From NCBI GenBank assembly GCA_043228905.1, contig JBHGNT010000005.1:24366001-24430000 (forward strand): a stretch of 64,000 bases of DNA, given 5' to 3'. Shown one piece after another: positions 49,226 through 62,242 of the stretch; position 1 is the first letter of the stretch; every line of letters starts with the position of its first letter. Source of the DNA: Azolla caroliniana. Taxonomy: Eukaryota; Plantae; Polypodiophyta. The translations under genes and the position numbers were made by a program. The notes below the pieces were generated by a model that saw only the letters and a program-made list of their open reading frames with translations, was not told the DNA's origin and searched no databases.

Positions 49226-52200
49226 TCAGTAATAAGCGGCAGTATAATAACCCTGTTGTGCTGGAGCTTGCTGCTGGGTATATGCCGCAGGTTGTTGAGC
49301 GTAAGTTTGTTGCTGTGGAAATGCCTGCCAAATATTTGTATCCGACAATTGAGTCATTACATGCTCCGTAAAGTAATATCAGAAATACCATCATAAACGG
49401 TTTAATATTATCTATACCCTTGGTATTTTCAAATATATAGATGCTATCCTTGAAATTAACAGATTAACTTATTCTCGCTGTCTTACAATTTGTGATGACT
49501 TTGTTGTTATGATACCGACGTAGATAGTCATTATCAACTTTATCAAGGTAGAGATAATAAAATTTAATAAATCTTCTTTTTGACTAAAGGCAGTTTTGAT
49601 ATCTTCAAAATTACCAACAGTAAAGTTGGTATTAGCCAATATATGAGTATTTTCTATAGACCCCTAAAAAAAGCAAAATCTAGATTAATAAGGATAATTT
49701 GTTATGTACCTGTGGGGCAGCAGCATAGTTTTGAGGGTAGCCTCCATAAGCAGCAGTTGTTGGTTGTGTGGGAGCTGCAGCCACAGCTTGCTGTTGTTGC
49801 TGCTGCTGAGGCATATAAGCCCCATAAGTCGCATAAGGATTGTAGCCCGGCTAAGATAAAGAAAACGCAAAATATAAGCATTGCACAATCAAATTTCTAT
49901 CAAATCCATCATCCTACCATTGTGCAGGACCCTAATTGATCATACTTTAGTTGAACTGGACATTCTACTGATGTTTTCTACAATTTTCTAGCACTCTCAT
50001 GCCTTAGCTTTTGTTAAATCCATCAGTGTACAGTGTACTGATACCCAAAACTCTTAAAGACTTAACTTCTCTTGAATTGCAAGACTTATAATGACTCAAT
50101 CTTTTGATAAATTAAACATTCTAATGTCTTAAGCTTGGCTGAGTTAAGTATCTGAGACCCTAATCAAACTTCTATCGAATCAATTATCCTATTAATGTGT
50201 AAGACCCTAATAGATCAAACTTTTGTTGAACTGATCATTCTACTGGTGCCCAACTCCAAGGACTTAACTTTTCTCGAATTGATCATACTATTGGTTTTGA
50301 AAACTTGTACTGCCTTGAACTTTTAATTATTGATCATTCTAATGGCTTATGTTTGGGCTGGATCAACTGTCTAAGACTTAATTTATATTGAATTCATCTA
50401 GGACTTCGCTGCTACCTTAGGACAGTCAAAGAGTGTTATTGCCACTGTTTACTAGGGCCTCCAAACTACCTTTGATTGAATTCAATCACTCAACTGATGA
50501 CTAAAGACTCCAATGCTTTACTTCTGATGAATTCATGATTCTACTTAAAGTTAAGACTCTCAATACAATTGTTGAATAGATTGCTCTAAGACATTGCCAA
50601 CTGTTCTAATGCCTTAATTTTGCTTCAATCAATTATTCTACTAGCATCTGACAAACTCTGATACCTGTGTTGAGCTGGTTATCCTACTAATGTCTGAGAC
50701 TCTAATGCCTACACTTCTGTTCAATCCATCACAATCTAAGGCTATAACACTTTTGTTAAATTGATTATTCAAATGTCTAAGATTATAATGCCTTTCGATA
50801 CATCTACAGATTTAATACCTCAAATTTTATTTACAGCATTGGTGATATTTCTATTCTTTTTATAGAGTTACGACTTTAATACTTCAAATTTTATTCTTCT
50901 GTTGTATGTAAGACTCTAATATCTCAACATTCATCATTCAAATGCTTTACCTGCTGAGTCGTGTAGGTAGGATTCCATTGCTGTGGTTGCACCTGAGCCG
51001 CAGCCGCAGCTTGCTGAGCTGCAGGCTGTTGCCAGACCTGTGGTTGTGCATAGCCTTGTTGAGCATATGCAGCATTCCATTGAGCCTGTCCATTTGCATA
51101 AGCAGGAGTCGTCACTTGAGCAGGCGATACTGTAGACCCAGTTATACCTCCAGTTTTCAGAACCTTGGTTCTGTCTGATCCAGCCCCATCGGATGAAGGT
51201 CTTTTCCTAGATTCTGCAGCACTTTTTCGTAAGGGGAAGAGTTGCATATGGCGTGATTCCGCTTTTTTTATCCTTTGTAGATCCCCAAAGAGATCAAGAA
51301 ACTGAAAACCAATTGTCATCATCATTTTCAAAGCTTGCCTTCATGCAATAATGTGAAACATGTTAAAAAACTGGCAAAGAGTGTTCACATACCTCAAGGT
51401 AGATGCTGGATATTTCTTCTCTGTCAATGGGATTCATTGCTGAGGCATCTGGCTTAGCACTTATTGCTTGCTCAATAAGTGTATCCAGCATATCTATCTC
51501 TTTTTTACCTGTTCTGTAGGCTTCAAAGTGGATTAATGCCTGTGAGAGACACTTTGTTAAAACAGCTGAATCCAACTAATGCAGATCATAGCTAACGCCA
51601 GATAGATAAACAAATGCAGAAGCTAGAACCATCAGATATCAGGCAGGGGTACATTAGACACAAATATACCAGATTGTAAATAAAACCAACGAATCATGAT
51701 GGACTTCATACCTCCCAGATTGTCTTCGATAGAGGCAACAAAGCCAGTGCCTCAGCATAGACTTCCCTAGCCTTTTCCGTATTCATCAATACCTAAAACC
51801 AAGAAATCATAAATTCAAGCCGAATTTTAGTGTATCACCACCTACCGAGCAGAATGAACGAATACATAGGCATGTTAAACCATAAGCACCTACAATATCA
51901 TGATTGTACCTGATCAAGAAAACGAGCATACTGAATAAATAATAAAGGCAGAGACCGTGATTCCTCTTTTGACTTTTCATACTCAATAGCATAAGAATAT
52001 ACTGTGCATGCTCCTTCAGTATTACTCTGCAGAATCAAACATGTTCTAAGCCTTGAATCTCCACAGAAAAACCCTCGAGGAGCATTTTATTAGCCATGAC
52101 ATACCTGTCTATGTTCAAAATTGGCTGCCTTAACAACACTCTCAAGAAGCCCAGGTGCTAGATTTGAATTTAAAAATTCATATTCAAACCTAGCCCCATC

Positions 52201-55200
52201 GATATCTCCATGATCCTCTTTAAACCTTGCTGCAAACAAATGAATCTCTGGACGTCTCTGAAAAAAAGATGAAAAAAGATTTTGTAACAAAATTTCTAAA
52301 ACTAATACATAGATCACTGATTTACATTAAGAAGAAGACAGTAGGGGAGAGATTACATTAAGATCACTGATTTACATTAAGAAGAAGTCATTATAACACA
52401 CTTGTCCTTTAAGAAACCATAGAAGACTAGAGGATCATATCCTCACCTTCACAAATATCTGTGTTGCTCGAGATAATGCATCTAGTGCATACTCAATGCT
52501 TCCTTCAAGATCCATGCATTGGACATATCGAATCCAATACTCTGGGTAATTTGCACATGCTATTAAGCAGCGCTCGTACAATTTTACTACCTGTAATTGA
52601 ACACAGAAATATATTATGAATGCCAAAGCAAGATTTTTAAATTGACATTAGATGGAATCAACAGAAAGCATGTACAATAGATTACCTTAGAAAAGTCTCC
52701 TTCCTTCTCAATGAAATCAAGATAGCGGTGCCAGTTTGTCAGTTGTGCATCATCAAGAGGTTTAACATGAAAATAGGGCCTCCGTATTGCTGACTCATAC
52801 TCAACAATTCTTGAATCTTGCTCCTTCGCAACCTTGTACATCTCATCTCTTGCGTGATTAAATTTAGCAACCTCTTCTTCTTCTGTAAGGACTAGTTTTG
52901 TGGAACCTTCATTCTCAGCAGAAGTAATGTTCGTTCCATCACCGTCTGACCTTGCAGCTTCTGTAGTTTCAGCATTAGAATTTGTAACTGAAGAGCTGTT
53001 GGTTTCTGCAGCTCTTGCTTCAGGTGCCAAAAGTTCTTCGAGAGTGTGCACAGATATAAATTGCTTGTACCTGCAAAGTTAGAGGTATAAGAACCTTTGC
53101 ACAGAAATAAAATTGAGACGAACTCGGTACTCATACCCATGATAATATCTGTCCAGCTGCTGAATAGGAATCTGAATGATACGTGTATAAATTTGGGATA
53201 CGCGATTGATTTCATTCAGGCTCAACTCATATTCTAGATACTTGTCCCACAAGATGTGGGACAAGTAGTCAGTACCTACATATGAAAGACCACGCTCAAA
53301 CAGCCTGCAAACAAAGACATTAAGACAATCTGGTTAACAACCGCAGAATAACATTAGTAAGAAGTTTAGGGACATATTTCCACCCACCAAAGCCTGGACT
53401 ATAACTTGGATTAGATAGAAAAATTACACTGCAAGATCAGTTTGATAGTGCCAAACATGAGCACAAATGCGCTACATTTACCTTCCTGCACAAACATACT
53501 ATGCCCGCAACAGGTAGTGGCGCTCACAGGCCATCTGTGCCATTCATTGGGTTCGATCTTCCACAGCACCACGATTCACTTGTGTGCCCCATATAACCAA
53601 ACCCTCAATCAAATCAAGTAAGCCTAGCCTACATTACTTCGGTAACATGAATATATATGCACTAATAGCATCACATATGTGAAAAGGACACCTCCAAAGT
53701 ATTTTAAAAAATAAAGAATGATTATTCTAAAGCAACGAAACTGGCCAAACCGTTCCGCCTGACTGCCATAATAGGAAGAACCCACAGCTGCAGCAATACC
53801 AACCATATGTTAGAAGGAATGGCATGCATATCAAGCAAGACACAAGGATTTTTCAAGTGATTTCCAAATAGGATGCCAAATATAGTGAATGCCTGTCAAT
53901 GAACAAACAGAAAATCCCCATGAATACAAGTGAATAACAAGAAGTTGCCTTCCTATACCTGCGAATTTCCTCCGGATTCTCTTGTTTACTGATCAGATAT
54001 GAACAATAGTGTGTCCAAATATCGACAGAGTAGGTTACTGCTTGTACAGCTCTCTCATACACTGCAATAATGCTTTCATGGCTTCCTAGGCGTGCTTCAT
54101 GATCAGCATACTTCTTCCAGTAACCATAGCATAGAGGGAACTCAGCCAAAAATGTGTCATATACTCTGTGAATCCTCTCTATAATATCCTGCAACATAAA
54201 GGTTCATACTCAGAAAACTGTGCCTTTACACGATTCTCCATAATTTTGATATTTGTTGCGATATGCAATTGCTCCAAAGGAATATCTAGATATTGAGAAC
54301 CATGCCTATGATATTCATTTTTATATGTAATTGCATATAAACACTAATATAGATATGCAATAATAGATCAAGCATCTAATAAGTGCCAACTGTAAATATA
54401 GCTATGCAAATATTCATACAAATGCATACTAAGAAAATCACTTTGACTACTGCATATTTTTGTACATTCAATAACAAAACCACAAGCCAAAACTAAGATG
54501 AAGTACCAGTTTGTCAACTTCTTGAATGAGAGCAGTCCAAGCTGTAAAATCTGCAGGATTGGCCTTCACAATGCTCCATAACCGATCTTCCTCCATAACA
54601 GCTGCAACATACATCGTGATGTTATATTCAACTTCACAAAAATTGGTACAGAAACAAGCCTATTAAATTTCAAATTACTTGTACCAGTGATAAAAAGCTT
54701 TTCAAGCTATAGATAACACCTCCAAGGAAGTTCATGGCATAGAGCAAATATTTCTTTATGTTGGAAGTAAGCAGATAACATAAGTGGATAGTTACAGTTC
54801 ATTTACATAATAAACTATATTCATCACCACAGCTTCCTTCTCTTATTTGTTGCATACATCTTTCTCGGCATTAGAAACAACAACAAAAGAAATCATAGCT
54901 GGTATAGTTAACACTTCTGGACAATAAGATAGCAAATTTGTAACTTAAATAAGCAAGCAGAGAAATGTCAAGGACATAAGGCTCAACTTTGAGAACACTG
55001 TGATGACCTAAATGTAAACTAGTTAAGGAAAAACCAACTTTATCATCAGAACACATATAGAGATGGCAGCATAACTCAAACCTGTAGGCTCTTCAAGATG
55101 AGTCTGTGGTTCAACATTTCCATCAGCAATGATTGAGTTATTATTTGCATCAAGCTGCGGATCTCCAATTGTGTTATCATTCATCACAGCACCGTCAGTA

Positions 55201-55337
55201 GCGGCAGAGGAATCCATGTGCACGGATGCTTCTGGTGGCAAAGCTTCAATAGGACCATCAACTGCTCGCATTGACGTGTATCCATGATCTGAAACCACAC
55301 CAAAATGCTGCTGTGTTGTTGCCATTTGATCCTCCAT
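49226..55337 (-). CDS. PRP39: Pre-mRNA processing factor 39 (U1 snRNP, HAT repeats), ~788 aa. Exons 55337-55082, 54601-54507, 54188-53959, 53304-53137, 53070-52686, 52590-52447, 52257-52105, 52026-51910, 51792-51712, 51539-51393, 51301-50951, 49850-49710, 49324-49226
   Basis: Motifs [80 protein letters not shown] and [19 protein letters not shown], plus a Q/A/Y/P-rich tail. 13 GT-AG exons in phase (2367 nt). Confidence 0.94.
49930..50925. repeat. Degenerate ~50-bp minisatellite filling PRP39 intron 11
   Basis: Recurring AACTTTTGTTGAATTGATCATTCTACTGATGTCTAAGACTCTAATGCCTT-like unit, for example near 50166, 50217 and 50267. Confidence 0.7.
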
Positions 55338-55847
55338 TGTCTCAGAAAAAGCTAACATACCAAAGAAAATGTCGAACTTTCAGCATCCTTATTATGTGGA
55401 AGAAAATATAACAGGCTAAAGTCTTTGTAAACAAAATACTAGAAAAAACAATGTTACAACACAGAAGAAAATATTTTTAAAAAATAGAAGCGCAAAATGA
55501 AATAACATCTCACAGAGAAAATAAATGACATAAACAGACTTTTAAGTGCTTCAACACAGACAATGGAAAAGCTAGCCCTACCTAGCAGCTATAAACCAAG
55601 CACAGTAGCCAAGAATCCCGTCTAATTATACAGCACCCTTGGAGAAGTGACAAAGCGGAAGAAAAGATAATAGCCAGAGTCAGAATGCACATGGATGAGC
55701 AAACGAAATACTGTCATCATAAGTACACAACCTTTCATTATGATCTATCGGGAAGCTATCTTAGCTAGCAAAGAGATCACTAATTTCAGAAAGAAAAGTT
55801 AAATACCCTGTGTACCAGATAAATTTAATAACTACTCAAGCCTTCAT

Positions 55848-56211
55848 ATAGAAACAGAAAAGTAGCAAGTGGAAGAAATAATAATAGGAACTCCCAAGTG
55901 CTCATCACCATTCCAGGTACAAACGAAATATAGTTGGCATGGACAAGGCATAAAGTAATACTACTTAAAACTATGGAAAATCTAGAATTTGAGCATTGGA
56001 TAAAGAAATCCAAGAGAGCAAAGCCCTAATAGAAACAGAAAAGTAGCAAGTGGAAGAAATAATAATAGGAACTCCCAAGTGCTCATCACCATTCCAGGTA
56101 CAAACGAAATATAGTTGGCATGGACAAGGCATAAAGTAATACTACTTAAAACTATGGAAAATCTAGAATTTGAGCATTGGATAAAGAAATCCAAGAGAGC
56201 AAAGCCCTAAT
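55848..56211. repeat. Apparently perfect tandem duplication, 2 x 181 bp, in the PRP39 leader intron
   Basis: ATAGAAACAGAAAAGTAGCAAG...GAGAGCAAAGCCCTA starts at 55848 and 56029. Confidence 0.95.
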
Positions 56212-56847
56212 GCAGTAAGGAAGTGGAGGACGAGATAATAGGAAAACCGGAGTGCAAAACAAATATCACAAAGTCGAGCTCAACCATGCTCGTATCAGGA
56301 AAAACGAGCATAAAAAAGGAAAAACTTTATAAAAGATAAACCTAATTAAACAACAAAAGCCTTGTTTCTTATTGCACAAACGGCTGTATCTAATAGAGTG
56401 ATCTTCGTTCCTGCTTCTTTAGCAAAAACTGCCGGATTCTCATCATTCTGGCAGAATGAACTTCAGAAAGAAAACTCCTGGTCCACGTATTCTGCTGTGT
56501 CCAGCAAAGAAAGCATTGTTGCTTCTTGCAAAGGCTTTCCCCCTCTCTCTCGTTACCACAGGACGAATCATCTAACATAATATATATTTACTCCTTGCAG
56601 AGATTGAGCATGAGTCTTCGTGACGCATAGGGAAATGGTATAAGAAGCCCAACCCTAGCTAAAAACGACAAAATCCATGCTTCTTCTTTCAGGAACTGTT
56701 GCATTCAATCTGAGTGAATCTTGTCTGTTTCATTAAAAAGGAACAGGAGAACAGGTGTCCGGAACGGGGAATGGGAGACTTTTCTAAAGAACATGAAAGC
56801 ATGGAGACGAGGCGTTAGAATCTTGGAGGAAAAGGAGGAGCGCCATA

Positions 56848-57036
56848 CCTGGTAGAGAGACGGACTTCTTGGACGACTGCAATTTGGGAGGAAGAAGGCG
56901 ACGACGAAGGAGGAGGAGGAGGAGGAGGAGGAGGAGGAGGACTGAGGGAGAGCCGAGCGAAGAACAGGAATGATAGCTAGGGTTTCTGTATCTTGGACAC
57001 CTCTCTCTCTCTCTCCCCCCTTCAAGAAGTGTTTCC

Positions 57037-57069
<33 letters not shown>

Positions 57070-57210
57070 GCTGTCTCTGCAGGTGCTTCTTACTGCTGCT
57101 CCTCTTTCTTCTTCTTCTTCTTCTTCTTCTTCTTCTTCTGCTTCTTCTTCTTCTTCCTTCTTTCTTCTTTCTTCTTCTTCTTCTTCTTCTTCTTCTTCTT
57201 TCTTCTGATT
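56848..57210 (-). promoter_or_regulatory. Putative PRP39 first non-coding exon and promoter region with telo-box
   Basis: Strong donor CCAG|GTATGG at 56848. AAACCCTA telo-box at 56978-56985 (minus). Flanking (CCT)n, (GA)n, (GACA)n and (GAA)n repeats. Confidence 0.55.
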
Positions 57211-57266
57211 CTGAGATTGATTGCTGCTGCTCTCTCACGTTTCAAGGGGATTGATTTCTTTCTCCA

Positions 57267-57510
57267 TTTTCTGTGCTTTTACTTTTATTTCCTCCAATTG
57301 TTGTTAATAGTTATTTTATTTTCCCCCTTATTTTTTTCCTATTTTTTTTCTTTTTCTTTTTTTAAATTTCTAGCTTTTCCTAAGTATTTTCTGTGCTTTT
57401 ACTTTTATTTTCTCCAATTGTTGTTAATAGTTATATTTTATTTTCCCTTATTTTTTTCTTTTTCTTTTTTTAAATTTCTAGCTTTTCCTAAGTATTTTCT
57501 GTGCTTTTAC
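57267..57510. repeat. Tandem duplication, period ~110-120 bp, T-rich
   Basis: ATTTTCTGTGCTTTTAC occurs three times, and the intervening CTCCAATTGTTGTTAATAG and TAAATTTCTAGCTTTTCCTAAGT blocks occur twice. Confidence 0.85.
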
Positions 57511-58183
57511 CTCACACGCGGACTCGTGAGGAGGGGGGGTAGTCGTGAATCATCGAGAGGAGGAAAGCAGGCAAAGGCACAAGAAGCATTGGCAGAGGTA
57601 GAGGCAAAGGCAAAGGCACAAGCACAGGCACACGCAGAGGTAGAGGCAAAGGCAAACTTGGCAAAGGCAACTACAACTACAACAGCTTCTCTGCACCCGA
57701 GACACGACCATCAATCGGCAATACCAAGGATGTTGACCACCCCCCCGAGCCATATCACTTCATTGTAAACATCAACGAGGCTCCACGAGCTACCCCACCT
57801 ATCCACGAAATCTGGCCCTTTCCCTAAACCTCGCATTCATTCGCAAAGATGGTTTGATCTCACACGATGCCCCACATGGGCGTGTCTTAACTAACTACTT
57901 TTGAGTTGCTGATGACGAGACAATGCGTTCATTGACGAAGCCATGAGAGGTTGACAGGGGAGGGGGGTGTTCAGTTAAAGTTTTGCTTGCATGTTGATTG
58001 GCACTCTCAACAACCAACCGACATGACCATATCCATTGTGGCCATTCCTATTCCCCACGAGCCTTTTTCATCTCGGCATGCAAATTCAATTCATGAAAAA
58101 TAGTTTTGAACATTTTTGTGCAGGATCTGTATTTTGTAACCAAATGCAATGTGTGTCTAAGAACAACTTGTTCTTTTGGTGAT

Positions 58184-61100
58184 TGTCAAATATAGGTGTA
58201 TAATGGTCGTATTCACACTATCCCTTTGGACAGACTAGGTTTAGGACAATTATGTGAAATATATCAAAGGGCAGTGGCCCTAATCCATTTAGTATATAAC
58301 TAGCTTTGTAACCTAGTTCATAGGTGGTGGTTCGTTTTGTATATTGTGGTGTTGTAACATTGAGAATAATACAGTTATACCATGTGGTGTGTCCGTGAGA
58401 TTTGAGCCTACTTTGTTGTCTCGCTTCTTCTAGTCTTCTCTTTGATCTTGTGTCTAACTAAGTTGCTTTCACCCTTACAATATGTTATTGTTTACTACTT
58501 ACCTGAGATCTTCATTAGAAGAGTGTTTATTCTTGTTCCTCATTTTGATAGCCGCATACAACATCTAGTATCAGAGCAAGGTTCTTCAACTCATTGCTAG
58601 TCGTCATCTATCTTCATAAGCATCTCATCTTTTGTTACTTCTAAATATTGTTTTTGGTATAACAGATTCCAAGATTTTAGTCCAGTTGAAATCCCTCATT
58701 TGGCAACTCCCTACAATATCATTTTCAACGAAGAGAAACACATGAAAAATATGCACTCCACTGTTATAAATCATTGTTAAAGTAAGCAAGTTGGATATAC
58801 TTTTGTTTTTGTTATTACAGCTGCTCGAAATGAGACTTCTTCATTGGACAGATCATACTTGTGCTTCATTTGGTTGGGCAATAAACGAATAGGTCATCTG
58901 ATGATATTCACTCGCTCGCCAAAACCACTCGAAGCAAAGTCGGACCCAAGAGCAACCCTTTTTGTGCTTCATTCGGCTAGACAACATTCGTGAAGACCAG
59001 TCGGATCTGTCCCTCTCATTGTTGTAGTCACCCGAAGCAGTATTGGCCTAGAAAAACAACACATAACCCCGACACTTAAGTTGTGATTGATCTCTTGATA
59101 TCAATAATCAGAATCAAAGCGGTAGGTAATCGTGCTCAACTCGGCTAGACGACATTCGGGAAGTTCAACATCCGGCTCACCAGAGATGAGTTCGAGGAAG
59201 TTCGATGGTTCGAACTTCAACTTCTGCAAGGAACAAATGCAGGACTACCTAATTGTCAAAGGTCAGATAGATCCGATCGAGTTCGAGAACCCTCCAAAAG
59301 GATACAAGCCAATGAGTGGACAAAAGAAGATCTAATTTTCTGAGCCACCATTTGGATGCACTTGTCGGAGTCAATGTACTTCATAGTTCAATTATGTTCA
59401 TCTACCTTTCAATTATAGAAGACGCTCTCAGAGAAGGTTGCCGCCCCAAAGATATATTTGATTCGACGCCTTTACAAGCTTTGGATGGAAGAATCTGACT
59501 CGGTCCAAGTACATCTCAATGAGTACAAAAGCTTAAGCTCCCAAATCTCAGCTCAGGGGACAACAATCAAAGACAAATTAAAGGCAATGTTGCTCATGAG
59601 TAGACTCCCCCCTTCTTGGGAAACTTTCGTCACAACTGTGATGACTGCCGCCATGAAGTACTCTGAAGTCATGAGCTCCATCCTCACTGAAGTAGCTCGG
59701 AGGAAATCGATTCGACTAGTGATGCTTACGTAGTACGAGGTTCGGCCAACTGACCGAATAGTCCAGGGAGAAGTTCTTTTCGACCGGCAATGAATCAACG
59801 AAGTCAGAGCAAGTCCCGGGATAATCGAACGTGCAACTAATGCAAGAAACCCAGACATATCAAGGTTGACTATCGCGCACTCAAAGCCAAGACTGATAAA
59901 GCTCGTCAAGCTAATCAAAAGAGTGGCCGACATGAGGAAGTCAACTACGTCGGCTCATAAGCCGAAGTATTGACATACGACCCGAACATTCTGTTCATCG
60001 AACACTTAGTCGAATTAGAAGTTTTTCTTACGACTAAAGACTCAAGCACATGCCTCTTGGATTCAGGTGATTCCTACCACGTGACTCTTCACAAATCACA
60101 ATTTTGGCAACACTCGGCCATGCATTTAGATATGGTTCAAGTTGGAAATTCATAGCATCGTGCTATAATCGGAATCAGCACAATAGAGTTTAACCTTCTC
60201 GGTGGCTCTACACTAGTACTACATAATGTCTAACACGTACCTGAGCTCTCGAGACCGTTGATCTCAGTTGGACAACTTGACGAAGACGACATTCGTGCTA
60301 ACTTCTCATCAAGAGGGTGGACACTTCATAGGGGGAACCTCTTGCTTGCTCGAGGACCGAAAGTACATTCATTGTACCCATTATACGTCACAATCAGAGA
60401 GGGTGACTTGTTCATGGTTGATGTCCCCATGTCATCCTTATGGCACATACGACTTTGACACCTCAACAAGGCCTACATAACGCATTTATCTAGAGCTGGA
60501 TATATCCCCAAACTCTTCTTCTCCGATCATCAGTTTTGCAAGCATTGCCATCACACCAAACAAACAATCGCATCACACCCAATGACAACACCAAGAGAAT
60601 CGAGTCCACTGGAATTGGTCCATTCGAATGTCTGTTTCCCGATGCCACACCAGTCTCATGGTGGTGCATTGTACTTCGTCGGCTTTATTGACGATTCAAC
60701 TCGTAAGGTGTGGGCATATCCTATGAGAACCAACAATCGGGTGTTCTCGATCTTTTCCAAATGTCTCATTATGGTAGAAGACCAATCTGGTCAAAAGTTG
60801 AAATGTCTTTGGACTAACAATGGTGGAGAGTTTAAGTCTGAAGAATTCGTCAAGTTTTGTTGACAATGTGGCATTCGATGTGAATACACAGCATAATGGA
60901 ATTGTCGAACGGATGAATCAGACAATTCAAGAACAAATAGTGTCTATGCTCCAGCACTCGGAACTGTCAGATGGTTTCAGGAAAATATGTCATTGAGTAG
61001 GCCTCTAGGACTATGAATACCTCAGGAATTATAGATTGGCAGTAAGCCAAATTATGACAAGTTGAGGATTTTCGGATATGAGGCATACGCCCTCATATCG

Positions 61101-62242
61101 AAAGTGATCACCGAAATCTCGACGAACCTAGGTCCAGGAAATGCATTTTCCTTAGCTATGGACCAGATGGCGAGATTGGACACCGACTCTGGGACCCCCA
61201 GCACAAACAAATTGTCCAAAGATCGGACGTAGTGTTCAATGAGTCGGTTATGCATAAGACGGTCGAAAGGCATATTGAAGTCCAAAGAGTAACCTTTTCC
61301 AAAGTGTCGATCCTTCATGACAGCCCAACTCATAACACGAGGTCGTCTTCACGAGTAGCCGAATCCTGTCACACACAATTGAATGTTTCAGCTTCTGACC
61401 ATCTGAACCAGACACTCGATCAAGCTAGCCCAGTCATACCAAGGAGATCTTAAAGACTATCACAGCCTCTGGAGAGGTACTCTCTTGGTATCTTCTTCAC
61501 GGACATCGGCAAGTCGACGTCATATGAAGAAGGCATCGGCCTCAACTAATTCGGCTACATGGCATCTAGCGATGGAGTTAGAGATGAACTCCACTTAGCA
61601 AAATCAGACTTGGGACCTGGTTGAATTATCAAAGAATCAACGTGCTCTTTCGTGCAAATGGGGGTATAGACTAAAAGATATGTGTCTGATTCGATCTTCC
61701 CAAAATTCAAGGCCAGATTAGTCACAAAAGGGTTTCGATAGGAATATGGCATCGACTTCGATGAAATCTTTTCACTAGTGGTGAAAATGCCAACCCTTCG
61801 CTTTATGCTCTGCGTCGTGGTAGCCAAGGATTTGGAGCTGATCTAGCTAGATATTAAAGTGGTTTTCCTCCATGGTGAACTAGAGGAGGAAATTTATATG
61901 GAGCAGTCGAAAGGCGTTGTGGTATCCGGCCAGGAACATCTGGTCTGCCAACTTAGGAAGAGTTTATATGGCCTGAAGCAGGCACCACGATAGTGGTATA
62001 AGAAGTTTGACAACGTCATCCAATCGGTCGGCTTCTTCAAGAGCGATGAGGACCACTACCTAGGGTTGAAGATAACTCAGATTCAAAATCGACGACAATT
62101 ATTTCTCTGTCAAGTTAACTATATTGGACGTGTTGTAGAACGCTTCAACATGCAATCAACCAAATATGTTTCAACCCCACTCCCAATTAGTCTTCGGTTG
62201 TCTTAGCGACACTACCCAACATCTAGTCCAGAGGGGGAAGAT
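58184..62242 (+). mobile_element. Decayed Ty1/copia LTR retrotransposon (5' LTR, PBS, gag-PR-IN-RT), 3' truncated
   Basis: LTR end ...CAACA is followed by PBS TAGTATCAGAGC (58566-58577, tRNA-iMet type with one mismatch). gag KFDGSNF from 59186, protease LLDSGDSYH, integrase LELVHSNV...FIDDSTRKVW...NNGGEF, RT KARLVTKGF...FLHGELEEEIYM...SLYGLKQAPR. Domain order is copia. Many stops. The LTR start is uncertain. Confidence 0.9.

Noticed and set aside
53490-53600. U1 snRNA copy or mimic (ACTACCTG resembles the U1 5' end)
   Set aside because: No Sm site or U1 stem-loop order is recognisable. Kept only as a candidate cassette exon.
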